From: Bacilli bacterium
Lineage (GTDB): Bacteria; Bacillota_I; Bacilli_A; ML615J-28; CAG-698
Assembly (NCBI GenBank): GCA_050953065.1
Contig: JBMNLZ010000003.1
Location: 64,001-128,000, forward strand
Direction: 5' to 3'
DNA: 64,000 nucleotides
In this document: in pieces, positions 43,144-53,600 of the stretch
Layout: each line of letters begins with the position of its first letter
Position numbering within the stretch: the stretch's first letter is position 1
Position numbers and translations under genes: made by a program
Notes under the pieces: generated by a model
What the model was told of the DNA's origin: nothing
Seen by the model: the letters and a program-made list of their open reading frames with translations, nothing else
Databases searched by the model: none

Positions 43144-46100
43144 TTAAGCAACACTCATAGGCAAAAATAACCAATAACTATATCTAGCAACTATTCCAGT
43201 ATAATCACTTGAAAAACCAGAGTAGTTTCCATACCCTCTCAAAAACGCCCAAGACTCTCTATTAGCAGATGCTCCAGGATCCGCTGTACTACCATTCATA
43301 ATATTTAATAAACTCGTTACTGATTGATTATTTTTAACTTTAACAGCCATCCAATAATTTAATATCCAGCGCCATTTAGGACCATATGTTGAATGATTTA
43401 AAAATTTTGATAAATACGCATTAGCATTTCCAAGACGTCCAATATAAGCAGTTGAAGCATTGTAAGGTGGAGTTCCATCTGGAACATGCGAAAGCAAGGT
43501 TAACTCTGCCAAAGAAGCACCGTTAACAGCATTATAAAACAGCCTATAATCATTAACAAAATAATAAACTATACCATAAGTAGTATCATATGTATACCCA
43601 TCTCCATCAACACCTGCTCCATATCTTCTTTTAAGATTAGATACTGGATAAAGTGTAACAGTTGCACCATTAACAGTAGTGATATTGGCAGTAGATTCTT
43701 GAGAAAAATCATTTCCTGTTAGTGTTGGATCAAAATTCCAATATGAGAACAAAGCATAATTGTTACTAGTATCAGGATAATCAACTCTCATTAGGGCTTG
43801 CCCATCATCATATGTCCTATTAAACGTAAATTCTCTATATATATAATAATCTTTTGAAGCATATCCTGTACCGTATGTAGAAGTAAAATCAGCACTTGTA
43901 TAACTACCATATTGATAAGTTATGCCATTTAAAAACGCATGTATATTAAGTCTATAATATGTTTGATTTGGATTAGTAGTTAAATATTGTAAATCAGGAT
44001 AATTTTGTGCAGTTGCAACTTCAATTATATACCTCAACATCCAGCCCCATTTAATATTACCTCTAGAACTATTAAACATAGTAACTATCATAGCTGAATG
44101 AGTATAAGAAGTCGTAAAGAAAGTAGATGGTGTTGTAGGAGGACTAGTTCTACTAGCATAAGTGTTAAAATCATCACAAAAATCTTGAGCCAACAAAGTC
44201 TTATTATAATATACATATCCCGCAGAATTCATTCTTAATTTTAAAGTATAAGTAATTGGAGTCCACTTAGCATAGAAATCTTTATTACCATAATCTAGTG
44301 TTCCTATTGCTGTATAAGGGCTTCCACTAAAGCTTGAGTTATCATACCAACCATCAAAAATATAACCAGTTCTTGTAATATTACTTGATGTAGGTAAAGT
44401 TAATCCTGTAAAGCAAGTATATTCTGTATAAGATCCAGATAACGTACCACCATTTAAAGTAAGAGTAACAGTATATGTTTTTGGTTTCCATTTAGCATAG
44501 AACGTTTTATCTCCAGTTGTACCAGCAGAAATAGCAGATACTTTAGCACCAGAATGATCAGGTGCATTATACCATCCTTCTAATTCTAGATAATTTGGAT
44601 GATTACTAATTGCTTGATTTACATTTGGTAAAGAGAATGTATCTTCAATTGTGTATGTAGTACGAGTGTAGCCACTTAAAGAACCATTAAGTGATTGATA
44701 TCCAGTTGGATATGAATTATTAGTATAATCAAAATCCCAAGTCAAATTATAATTAATCGGTATCCAATAAGCATATAAAGTTGCAGGTCCAAAAATATTC
44801 CAATTTGTAGCACTGCTTAAATTAGCATTATAATATTTTGTTCCAGCACCACCAGTTTGAGAGTAATATCCAGCAAATGTGTAACCTGTTTTTGTTGGTG
44901 GAGTTGAAGGATTAGGAAGTGGCATCGCCTGACCATATGTTGCTACAACTGAATCAGCACCACCAGTTCCGCCTTGCTTATTAAATGTGATATTTGAATT
45001 CATAGAAAAACTACCACTATAAGTAGAAACATCCCCCCACAATGCATCATATACATCAGCTGGAATTACACCTGCTGGTATAGAACCCACCGCAACTGTA
45101 GTTGATGTAGCAACATCATACCAACCACCAAAAAGATATCCATCTCTAAACGGCTCTTTTAAATACGCAATAGTTCCATCACGATAAGATGTAACTTGAT
45201 AAGGTGTTGTAGAACTATATTTTGTTGAGCCACTTACATAATATCTTGTAGTTGGAGTTGGAATTGTTGAACGCAAATCAGTCCACAAAGTATTATTAGT
45301 TGTACCTGTAAGTCCTTGTGTACCATAGAAATATCCGTCCAAAATGAAACCAAATCCCGCAATTCCATATCCATTTGTTGAATCATGAGATGTAATAGGT
45401 GGGTATATTGGAACAGATGGTGTCGCAGTTTTTAGTTGATATAATTCATAAACTAAATCATATACATTAGAATATTTACTCTTATAAGGTTCAGTTCCAA
45501 AGAATCCTCCAACTGGTTTATAAATATTAAGGTTATTATCAAATGTAAGCGAATTCCAGAAAAATTGTGAATATCCATCATTAGAAAAATATGATACATA
45601 ACCTATATTACCATATCTATCAGATGTCCAGTTATACCACGCTCTTGGGTCATTAGCATCGGCACTAAAAGTTGCCCAAGTTGTTTTTCTAAACTCTGCT
45701 CTTACTAAACTAGAATTTAGCAAAGTTTCATCATATAAATATTTATAAAAGTCTTGCATAAATATTTCTGGTAATGTAGAGGCACTATCAATTCCATTGG
45801 CTGGAGTAACAGTACCAGTTGACCAACTCCATGCACCACCATTTAAACTATAATTAATATTAAAATCCCATATCGCATAAAGTGTTAAATCTCCAGCAAC
45901 TTGATATACAGTTGTAGATGTATAAGTTGTACCACTTCCGTTTGCAGCAGTATTCCATTCAACAAGAGTTGAATTTCTTCTTGTAATTGAAGAACCTGAT
46001 AAAGCTGGTGGTAAAGGACCTACTGCACTATCATATGTTACTATTTTACTTGTAGGAGAAACTAACGCCTCAGATCCATTAGCATTAAAATACAAAGTAT

Positions 46101-49100
46101 ATGTATTTGCAACAAACTGGCCAAAATAATTCATATCTCTATCCATAGAAAACGACCCAGCATATGAAACTGGTGAACCTAGCATTGCAGCATTATCATA
46201 CCAACCACTAAAAGTATAACCTGTTTTAGTAATATTAATAGTTACAGAGTCTTGATGTAAATAAATTCCTGATCTTACTAAAGTTCCATCAATTGTCCAA
46301 CGAGCAACATAAATATCTTGGACCCAAACAGCGTAAAGTGTATAAACTCCACCTACTCCTGCATTAAAAATTTCTAGCAATTCTTCATTAGTAATAACTT
46401 GTTTATCAAAGAATTTAATATATTGAGCACTTGAATTAAGTGACCAACCTCTAAATGTATGACCTGCTTTTGTAAAAGCATTAGTCGGTAAAGCAACTGT
46501 TGATAAATATGTTTGGTTTTGATTAGGCATTGAACCTGCTCCACCACTACTATTAAATGTAATTGAATATGTTGCCACACCCCATTGAGCATAAAGCACG
46601 ATACTTGCTCCGTGAGTTAAAGAAATTGGATTGACTGAATTTACTAATGCTTGATTACTATAATTTGTTCCAGTACCATCAGCCTTTGTATTCCATCTTA
46701 AGAATGAATACCCAGCCTTTACAAAAGTATTAGCATATAAATTACTTGGAACATTATATACAAAATTTTGATAAGCTGGATTCATTATTCCAGATCCGCC
46801 ATTAGCATCAAAAACTACAGTATATTCTATTGGTATCCAGACAGCTTTTAATAAAGCATCGTGCGGTAAATATGCTTGATAAGTATAAGGTACTCCACAT
46901 TCAAATGTTTCATTAGCTGAGATTTCATATTCCCAACCAACTAGTCTATATCCTGTTTTCTTAATTGTTGCATCAACCATTCTAACAGTTGATAATTCAC
47001 CAAAATAGACATCATCTGTTGCATCAGCTGTTACTCCTTCAATAGAGTAACTTATTGTATCTTTAAACCATGCAACTAAAACCGTACTTTCAGTAATTGC
47101 AGTTGAGAAATTAAATGCTGCATTAGCTTTTGTCACTGAAGGTCCAACATATAAGTATCCATTATGTGAAGGAATTAAGTTTCCTCCACTATATTTATTC
47201 CACCCTGCAAATGTCCAACCTGACATTGTTGGAGCAGTTGGAGCAGTAACTGTTGCACCTTGATTTACAACTGCAACACTATATACCTTTAGTACTAAGT
47301 CACTTGTTACATTATTAGTTATATCTCCATCAGCCCAATACATAAAGATTACTTGACGTTTATTTGTTGTCCAAGATCCATTTGAAGCCGTATATACAAT
47401 GTCTAAAACTCTTTCCCCACCTATTACAAACTCACTAATTGGGTTACCTACTACACTCCAAGGTCTAACCCCTGCCTCAATTGGTACTAAGTTATCAATA
47501 GTTAAAATAGAGCCATTTGTTCCTGCTAAAAGATAAGCACTAGAACCTTTTAGGCTACCGTTTGAAATAGTAAAATTAGCATTTATTGTTAAATAATAAA
47601 TTCCTAAATCTAAGGTAATATTTTGGTTAATTGTTCTAGCAGAGTCTAGGCTTGTATTCATTAAAAGAGTTATAGTAGAACCTACATCAAGAAGCGAAGC
47701 ATCAATTGCAGCTTCTATACTATTATAATAAGTTTCTGATTTATCAGTAAAAGTCACCTTAGCAACACCTGGTACCCATTTAGCATAAATGGTAGCAGTT
47801 GTACTGCCTGAAGGTATTAAAGATACTAGCGTTGCATAATCAATAGTAGGTCCACTAATAAGTTGAGTATATGCAGCATCTTTATACCAACCACCAAAAA
47901 TGTATCCATAAGTTGCACCACCAACAATATGAGAACCTCTTCTTTGAGGAGTTGGAAGTGTATATACAAAACTAGTTCCACCTTGTGCAAAAGGTACACT
48001 TGAAAGTCTATAAGGATATGATGGGAAGAATATATAATCATATCCATTACCAAAATTTGTATAATCAGATGTTGTAACACCACTCACATCATATTTTTTA
48101 TCCGATAAAAAAGCCCAAATTTCATACTTTAATAATAATCTCGCTCCTGCAGTTTCTTCTTCATTGTCTAAAAGTCCAAAGAACGCAGTAGTTGGAAGCC
48201 CTTTAGCTTCCCTAATTAAAATCATATATTCTATCATCCATAACCAACGTGCTCTTACAATATCATCATTAAAAAACGCAGTTGGCGTACAACCTACCTC
48301 ATCCATCAAAGCAACTAGTGCAGTATCAGCATTGTATCCTGCATCTCCTGGAACAAGCAAATTAACACCAGTTAAACTTGTACCATTAACAGTGTTATAA
48401 AAGTATGTATAGTCATCTAAAAAGTCATCAACCATATCACTTTTAGTATCATAATCATCTATAACACCAGAATCAAGTTCAAGTTGTAATAAATAGTCAA
48501 CTGTTAACATTCTTTCAGTTAACACAACATCTTTTGTTACTGCTTGGTTTCTAACAAACTCAAGCCCGTTTTCATACCAACCATCAAAATAAATATATTC
48601 ATCACTAACAGGCTCAAAGTCATAAACTCCACCAGTACCATTATCTTCAAAGAAACTTGCAATAGTACCATATTTTAAAACTTGTAAAACTTTTCCGCCA
48701 GTTGTATCAAACTTAACCCAATAATAAGGTTTTGAAATAGAATCATTTGTAAAAGTAGTTGAACCTGTAATTGAGAATTTATTAAGTGTATTTACTTCAG
48801 TAATTTCATTATTAAATACTCGTATATAACTTGTAATAGTACTGACACTACTAATCAATACATCCATATTCATTGATATTTCTAGATAAGTATTATCAGT
48901 GTTTGCTAGAGCTGGTACTTTTATTTGATTAGTTGAAGCAGTACTCACTCCATCAAAATAAATGTCAACCATATATTTTGAAGGACTTGCTGCTACTGCT
49001 ACATTACTTAGATCAATATAACCAACTGTTCCTAAGTTTACAAGTTGAACAGTATTAACTTCACTTGAAGCATCAGCAGCTTCAGCTGTAACAGTACCTA

Positions 49101-50631
49101 TCAAACTATTATCAGAAATAAAGATTCTTGATTTGTTTCCTGCTTCTTGTTTAGTAACAAGCAAGTTAGCAGTATTTGTCTTTAAATCATAAAAACTCAA
49201 GCCATTACTTGAATTTAATCTTTGCTCATCAGCCTCATCATATGAGACATTTACATTTATTAGTCCTGTTACTTTTAATTGATCAACACTAGTATCTCCA
49301 AATATTGCTACACTTAAGTTCGGTGAATTTAAATTTAAATTATTAGAAACAACAGTCTTACCGCCGCCTCCCATATCAATATAGATTCTACCAGTAGCAT
49401 TAGTATTTATATTTAGATTAACAACACTCAAGTCACTTCCACTTGGAATATTTAAAAATACACTATTACTAGCAATTGGTGCTTGATAATTAAGATTTCC
49501 TGCTACTGTCAAATCATAACCATTTAAATCTAAAGTTATACCTTTATATATTGTAAGGTTTTGACTAGTTGAAATATTAGCCTTTAATCTAACAGTATGT
49601 TTATTAGCAGCACCCGTTTCTTCATTTAAAGCAGCTAGTAACTGTGTTTCATTTTCAACAAGCCATACTGGTCCTTCAATTGGATCGATTTCGTAAACAT
49701 CACCAAAAGAAATATGTAATCTTGGTTTAAGATATAAAATATTTTCAGTAGCTTGGTTAGGCGAAGTGATTGATGAAGAAATTATAGTGTATTCAATTTT
49801 CCAAAAGAAAGTTCCACCATCCTCATATCCAGAACCACTTGTTCCTGCTAAATAACGACCAATATTAGGATGATTAGAATCCCCCAATAACAGTTTAGCT
49901 AAATCCGCTAAATCACCACTTGATACAACAGTCTCTTCTCCTAAAGAAATACCTTCCACTAAATATAAATCAAGCGGAGTTGCTAAAGCATCAAATGCAA
50001 CAACATTCCAAGATGTAGTTGCAGTTGAATATTGATAAAGCACAGCATAAGATGCTGAAGTATAAAGATAAAAATCATCATTACTTCCAGGGCTACTTGG
50101 TTTAGAAGTTGATTTTGTGACTCCTGTAAATTCAAACCAACCACTTGATGTTTTTTTGTAAAATTTATCATTTGTAGTATCTAGATAGTAGCTTCCATTC
50201 TTACCTAAATCTCCAGATGGCACTCCACTACCTTTAAAAATCTTAGCTTTTCCTGCATTATTAATCGCTTTAATCTCTGATACAGTATAAGTAAATCGAT
50301 TCAAATAAAATTCATAACTTATATCCATAGTATCAAAAGATACAAAACTATATACTTCGATACCACCTTTATTTTCTAAAGATATATATTTTGTTTGAAC
50401 TTGGTCATAACAATCTATATATTCAACTTCTCCTTCAATTACCTTACCATCCTCATCATACCATTCAATATCTACTTCATAATCATTAATCAGTTCTACT
50501 TGAGCATGATCAACTGATGCTTGAGGAAAAACATCAAACCAACTATACGCAACCGAAATAAAGGCGAATATAACTAATAAGTATAAAATCGCCAGCATTA
50601 CAGTTTGGACGCTTTTTCTTCTCATTAACAC
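43144..50631 (-). CDS. Giant secreted adhesin-like protein (2495 aa), paralog of 36007-43092
   Basis: Signal ending VAYS-WF; collinear similarity with neighbour over most of its length; different C-terminus; AGGAGG RBS before GTG. Confidence 0.8.
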   Translation of the reverse strand: MLMRRKSVQTVMLAILYLLVIFAFISVAYSWFDVFPQASVDHAQVELINDYEVDIEWYDEDGKVIEGEVEYIDCYDQVQTKYISLENKGGIEVYSFVSFDTMDISYEFYLNRFTYTVSEIKAINNAGKAKIFKGSGVPSGDLGKNGSYYLDTTNDKFYKKTSSGWFEFTGVTKSTSKPSSPGSNDDFYLYTSASYAVLYQYSTATTSWNVVAFDALATPLDLYLVEGISLGEETVVSSGDLADLAKLLLGDSNHPNIGRYLAGTSGSGYEDGGTFFWKIEYTIISSSITSPNQATENILYLKPRLHISFGDVYEIDPIEGPVWLVENETQLLAALNEETGAANKHTVRLKANISTSQNLTIYKGITLDLNGYDLTVAGNLNYQAPIASNSVFLNIPSGSDLSVVNLNINTNATGRIYIDMGGGGKTVVSNNLNLNSPNLSVAIFGDTSVDQLKVTGLINVNVSYDEADEQRLNSSNGLSFYDLKTNTANLLVTKQEAGNKSRIFISDNSLIGTVTAEAADASSEVNTVQLVNLGTVGYIDLSNVAVAASPSKYMVDIYFDGVSTASTNQIKVPALANTDNTYLEISMNMDVLISSVSTITSYIRVFNNEITEVNTLNKFSITGSTTFTNDSISKPYYWVKFDTTGGKVLQVLKYGTIASFFEDNGTGGVYDFEPVSDEYIYFDGWYENGLEFVRNQAVTKDVVLTERMLTVDYLLQLELDSGVIDDYDTKSDMVDDFLDDYTYFYNTVNGTSLTGVNLLVPGDAGYNADTALVALMDEVGCTPTAFFNDDIVRARWLWMIEYMILIREAKGLPTTAFFGLLDNEEETAGARLLLKYEIWAFLSDKKYDVSGVTTSDYTNFGNGYDYIFFPSYPYRLSSVPFAQGGTSFVYTLPTPQRRGSHIVGGATYGYIFGGWYKDAAYTQLISGPTIDYATLVSLIPSGSTTATIYAKWVPGVAKVTFTDKSETYYNSIEAAIDASLLDVGSTITLLMNTSLDSARTINQNITLDLGIYYLTINANFTISNGSLKGSSAYLLAGTNGSILTIDNLVPIEAGVRPWSVVGNPISEFVIGGERVLDIVYTASNGSWTTNKRQVIFMYWADGDITNNVTSDLVLKVYSVAVVNQGATVTAPTAPTMSGWTFAGWNKYSGGNLIPSHNGYLYVGPSVTKANAAFNFSTAITESTVLVAWFKDTISYSIEGVTADATDDVYFGELSTVRMVDATIKKTGYRLVGWEYEISANETFECGVPYTYQAYLPHDALLKAVWIPIEYTVVFDANGGSGIMNPAYQNFVYNVPSNLYANTFVKAGYSFLRWNTKADGTGTNYSNQALVNSVNPISLTHGASIVLYAQWGVATYSITFNSSGGAGSMPNQNQTYLSTVALPTNAFTKAGHTFRGWSLNSSAQYIKFFDKQVITNEELLEIFNAGVGGVYTLYAVWVQDIYVARWTIDGTLVRSGIYLHQDSVTINITKTGYTFSGWYDNAAMLGSPVSYAGSFSMDRDMNYFGQFVANTYTLYFNANGSEALVSPTSKIVTYDSAVGPLPPALSGSSITRRNSTLVEWNTAANGSGTTYTSTTVYQVAGDLTLYAIWDFNINYSLNGGAWSWSTGTVTPANGIDSASTLPEIFMQDFYKYLYDETLLNSSLVRAEFRKTTWATFSADANDPRAWYNWTSDRYGNIGYVSYFSNDGYSQFFWNSLTFDNNLNIYKPVGGFFGTEPYKSKYSNVYDLVYELYQLKTATPSVPIYPPITSHDSTNGYGIAGFGFILDGYFYGTQGLTGTTNNTLWTDLRSTIPTPTTRYYVSGSTKYSSTTPYQVTSYRDGTIAYLKEPFRDGYLFGGWYDVATSTTVAVGSIPAGVIPADVYDALWGDVSTYSGSFSMNSNITFNKQGGTGGADSVVATYGQAMPLPNPSTPPTKTGYTFAGYYSQTGGAGTKYYNANLSSATNWNIFGPATLYAYWIPINYNLTWDFDYTNNSYPTGYQSLNGSLSGYTRTTYTIEDTFSLPNVNQAISNHPNYLELEGWYNAPDHSGAKVSAISAGTTGDKTFYAKWKPKTYTVTLTLNGGTLSGSYTEYTCFTGLTLPTSSNITRTGYIFDGWYDNSSFSGSPYTAIGTLDYGNKDFYAKWTPITYTLKLRMNSAGYVYYNKTLLAQDFCDDFNTYASRTSPPTTPSTFFTTSYTHSAMIVTMFNSSRGNIKWGWMLRYIIEVATAQNYPDLQYLTTNPNQTYYRLNIHAFLNGITYQYGSYTSADFTSTYGTGYASKDYYIYREFTFNRTYDDGQALMRVDYPDTSNNYALFSYWNFDPTLTGNDFSQESTANITTVNGATVTLYPVSNLKRRYGAGVDGDGYTYDTTYGIVYYFVNDYRLFYNAVNGASLAELTLLSHVPDGTPPYNASTAYIGRLGNANAYLSKFLNHSTYGPKWRWILNYWMAVKVKNNQSVTSLLNIMNGSTADPGASANRESWAFLRGYGNYSGFSSDYTGIVARYSYWLFLPMSVA
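46805..47092. repeat. Near-identical 288-bp block, copy 2
   Basis: Matches 39233-39520 with 2 mismatches. Confidence 0.85.
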
Positions 50632-50681
50632 GTTATATTCGCCTCCTTCCTTTAATTTTTAGGTTTTAAAATTTTTCTCCT

Positions 50682-53600
50682 TTATCTTTCCCAAATTTTT
50701 TCACCAACACGCGATGATAATTTATATATAGGATATAAATCATCATCAGCAGTAATTGTTTCAGGGAAATTACCATTAACATATCCATCACAAACTGAAC
50801 AAAGTTTACCAGGGTCAGATGCATGTCTTGGAACATTTGAGAAAGAATACCCAGAAACTGGAGCAACTGTACTCCACCCAATAAATGAATATAGTGTATT
50901 TCCACCAGCACTAGTTTTAATTGGCGTTGCATTATTTACAGTGCTACTATAACCAGTAATTAAATCATACATAAACGCTGCAGAATTTGTATGATATCCT
51001 AGGGTTTTTACTCCAGGTCCTCCTCTTTGAGTATAGTCTCCTGTAGGATAAACACTAGAGAAAACTTGATTAATCGTCCAACCAGTAGTTTCATTACCAG
51101 TAAATGTATACTCAACATTTGTATTTGGAATAGTTCTTCTAATATCTCTAATCAATTTAGTTCTATTATAAACATTAGTTGTTTGTTCTCCATTTATATT
51201 ATCCAGTGTTTGAAGTCCAAAGAAGTAAGCCTCTATGTTCCAAGCAAAAATTCTTCTAATCCGTTTGTTTACAAGAGGGTCTGTTCCATTATTTGTAGCA
51301 TTTACCCACTTACCTAGGCCGTAAGTTCCGTTACGATACTTTGCCCAATAAAGGGCTACCATCAAATCAACTAAACCTTTATATTTAGTTTTATATGGTT
51401 CAGTTCCTAAAAATCCACCAGATATAGTATATTCCATTGTATTAACATTCGTAGAAACAATATTTTGGAATAAAAAGTTTCCATAACCATCAGTTGCAGA
51501 TGTAGTTGATGTAGCAGCCCATTGAGTATGATATACTTCGCTATCTAGTACTGACCATGGAATTATGGTACCATTAGATTCTCTTCTTGAGAAAATAGCA
51601 CCAAATGCTGTTTGAATATCTTTATCACTTATATAAGCACCACTTTCCCTATAAAGCAATCCTTTACGACCATCAGCAGGATTACCATGAATATGACCAG
51701 TTAGTAATTTTTGAATCCTAAAATCATAATAATCTCTACCTGAAACTTGTGTTTTATAAAGGTCAAATTCAGGATATCTTTGATTATCAAGATAATGATA
51801 AAAGTCTGCTGCAAAAATTTCAGGTAAATCTGTAGCTGAGTCAATACTGTATCCAGGTTTCCCTTGATAAACTCCAATCGCAGCTGTTCCTACTTCCCAT
51901 TGCCACTTTCCACCAAATTCAGGATCACTAATTCTATAGGTAACCTCAGGATACCTAACAAGAGCTGTCCAAGTTCCTTGAACTGAAGATTGTCCATTTA
52001 TTGAAATTGCTGCACTAGTTTGTGGGTCTATTAAATTATATGTTACAGTAACTATACCAATTCCTTCTGTAGTATCACTTACAAGAGAAAGACGCTTTGT
52101 TGTAGCATTGAAATCTGAATTTGACTTCCATGCATTTCCACCTAAAGTTGCACTAAAGACTGTATTTTGAATATTAAGTGGAGCGTCAGCAGCTGCAATC
52201 GTAAAATCAACAGTGTTTTTTAAAACCATTGTTTCAGTTTTTGTTGTTCCGTTTGAAGTTCCGTTTAAACTAATTGCAGCCATTGCATTAACTTTGAAAT
52301 ATAAGTCCATATCTCTTGTCAAATACGACAATCTTTCAGGTGGTACTCTATTACCTAAATTATCTTGCCATTCACTAAAGATAGTAGCAAGTGGTACCCA
52401 ACAAGTAGCTCCACCTGTTTCATAAACTGCTAAATTACTTGTAATTGAAGCACTATAATATGTTGAAAAAGTAGCTTCAGGTAAATCTGTAGGAGATTGA
52501 ACTAACCATGGTTTATATAAATTAATAGTAAAATATTCGCACCATGAAATATCAACATTTGCTGAAGGATCTATATCCTTAGCAATATATTTAGTTGTTT
52601 CAGTTCTATAGAATGATTGTTTTTCAATACCATTAATATAAGAACCAATCTTAGATGCATCAGCTGCAGCATAAATTTCAATAGTTGTATTTTCATAACT
52701 TGTTGTAAAACAATCATCGTTTCCTAAAACATAACCTTGTTTAACAATTAAATCTACTCCAGATCCTAGTGCTAATTGATATGCTCCTAAATCAAAAGTA
52801 ATATTTTTATCGATTGTAAAATCTGCTAATAAGTGATAGTCATTTAATAACTCTATTCTATCTCCTGCTTGTGCAGCGTTGTAAGGTTCAGCAAATGTAT
52901 TATAACTACCAATAATTTCATCATTTCTAATAAGCCTAATTACATAAGGATCCCAATAAGAATAAAGTGATAAAGCATAAGTACCAGTTCTAGAATCCCA
53001 ACTACCATGTGATAAAATATCAGATGTAGATACAAAATAACCTTGTTTTGTATTATCATATGGTATGAAATTTGAAGGATTATAAGCTAAATTACTAGCA
53101 AATGCCCAACCTTCAAATCTATAGTTTTCTTTAGAAGGTTCTGCAAAAGAAATTCCGTCAAATCCAGCATAAACATCCCCTGCATCAAAATAAATCTGAT
53201 TATTACTAGAAAAGTTTGGAGCACTAAAGCTAAATCCCGCTTTATCCTTATCAGCTAATTCATAATTAATAGTAAAAGCGATTATTTCATATAAATAAAT
53301 ATCAGATGATATTACAAACGTATTTAAATCAACTAATCCATCAAGTGGAGTTGAGATATAAGATGAAGATGCACTATCCCAAGTTCTCGAATACCATGTA
53401 GCACCTTCTTTTGGAATATAAGTTGGGTTGATTCGTTCAGCATAGTTTACAACAGCAGTTGAAGTTTGTTCTACACCAAATTCATCCCAATAAATAAAGT
53501 GAACTGTACTATAAATTTGTAAGACATGTTGTGTTTGAAATGATGTATCTGCTATTGATTCATTATCAACTAATATTTTTCTAGCGTAGAATTCAACACC

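Noticed and set aside
39233-47092. Diversity-generating retroelement TR/VR pair
   Set aside because: Both copies are inside coding paralogs, the mismatches are not adenine-specific on the coding strand, and no reverse transcriptase is in the window
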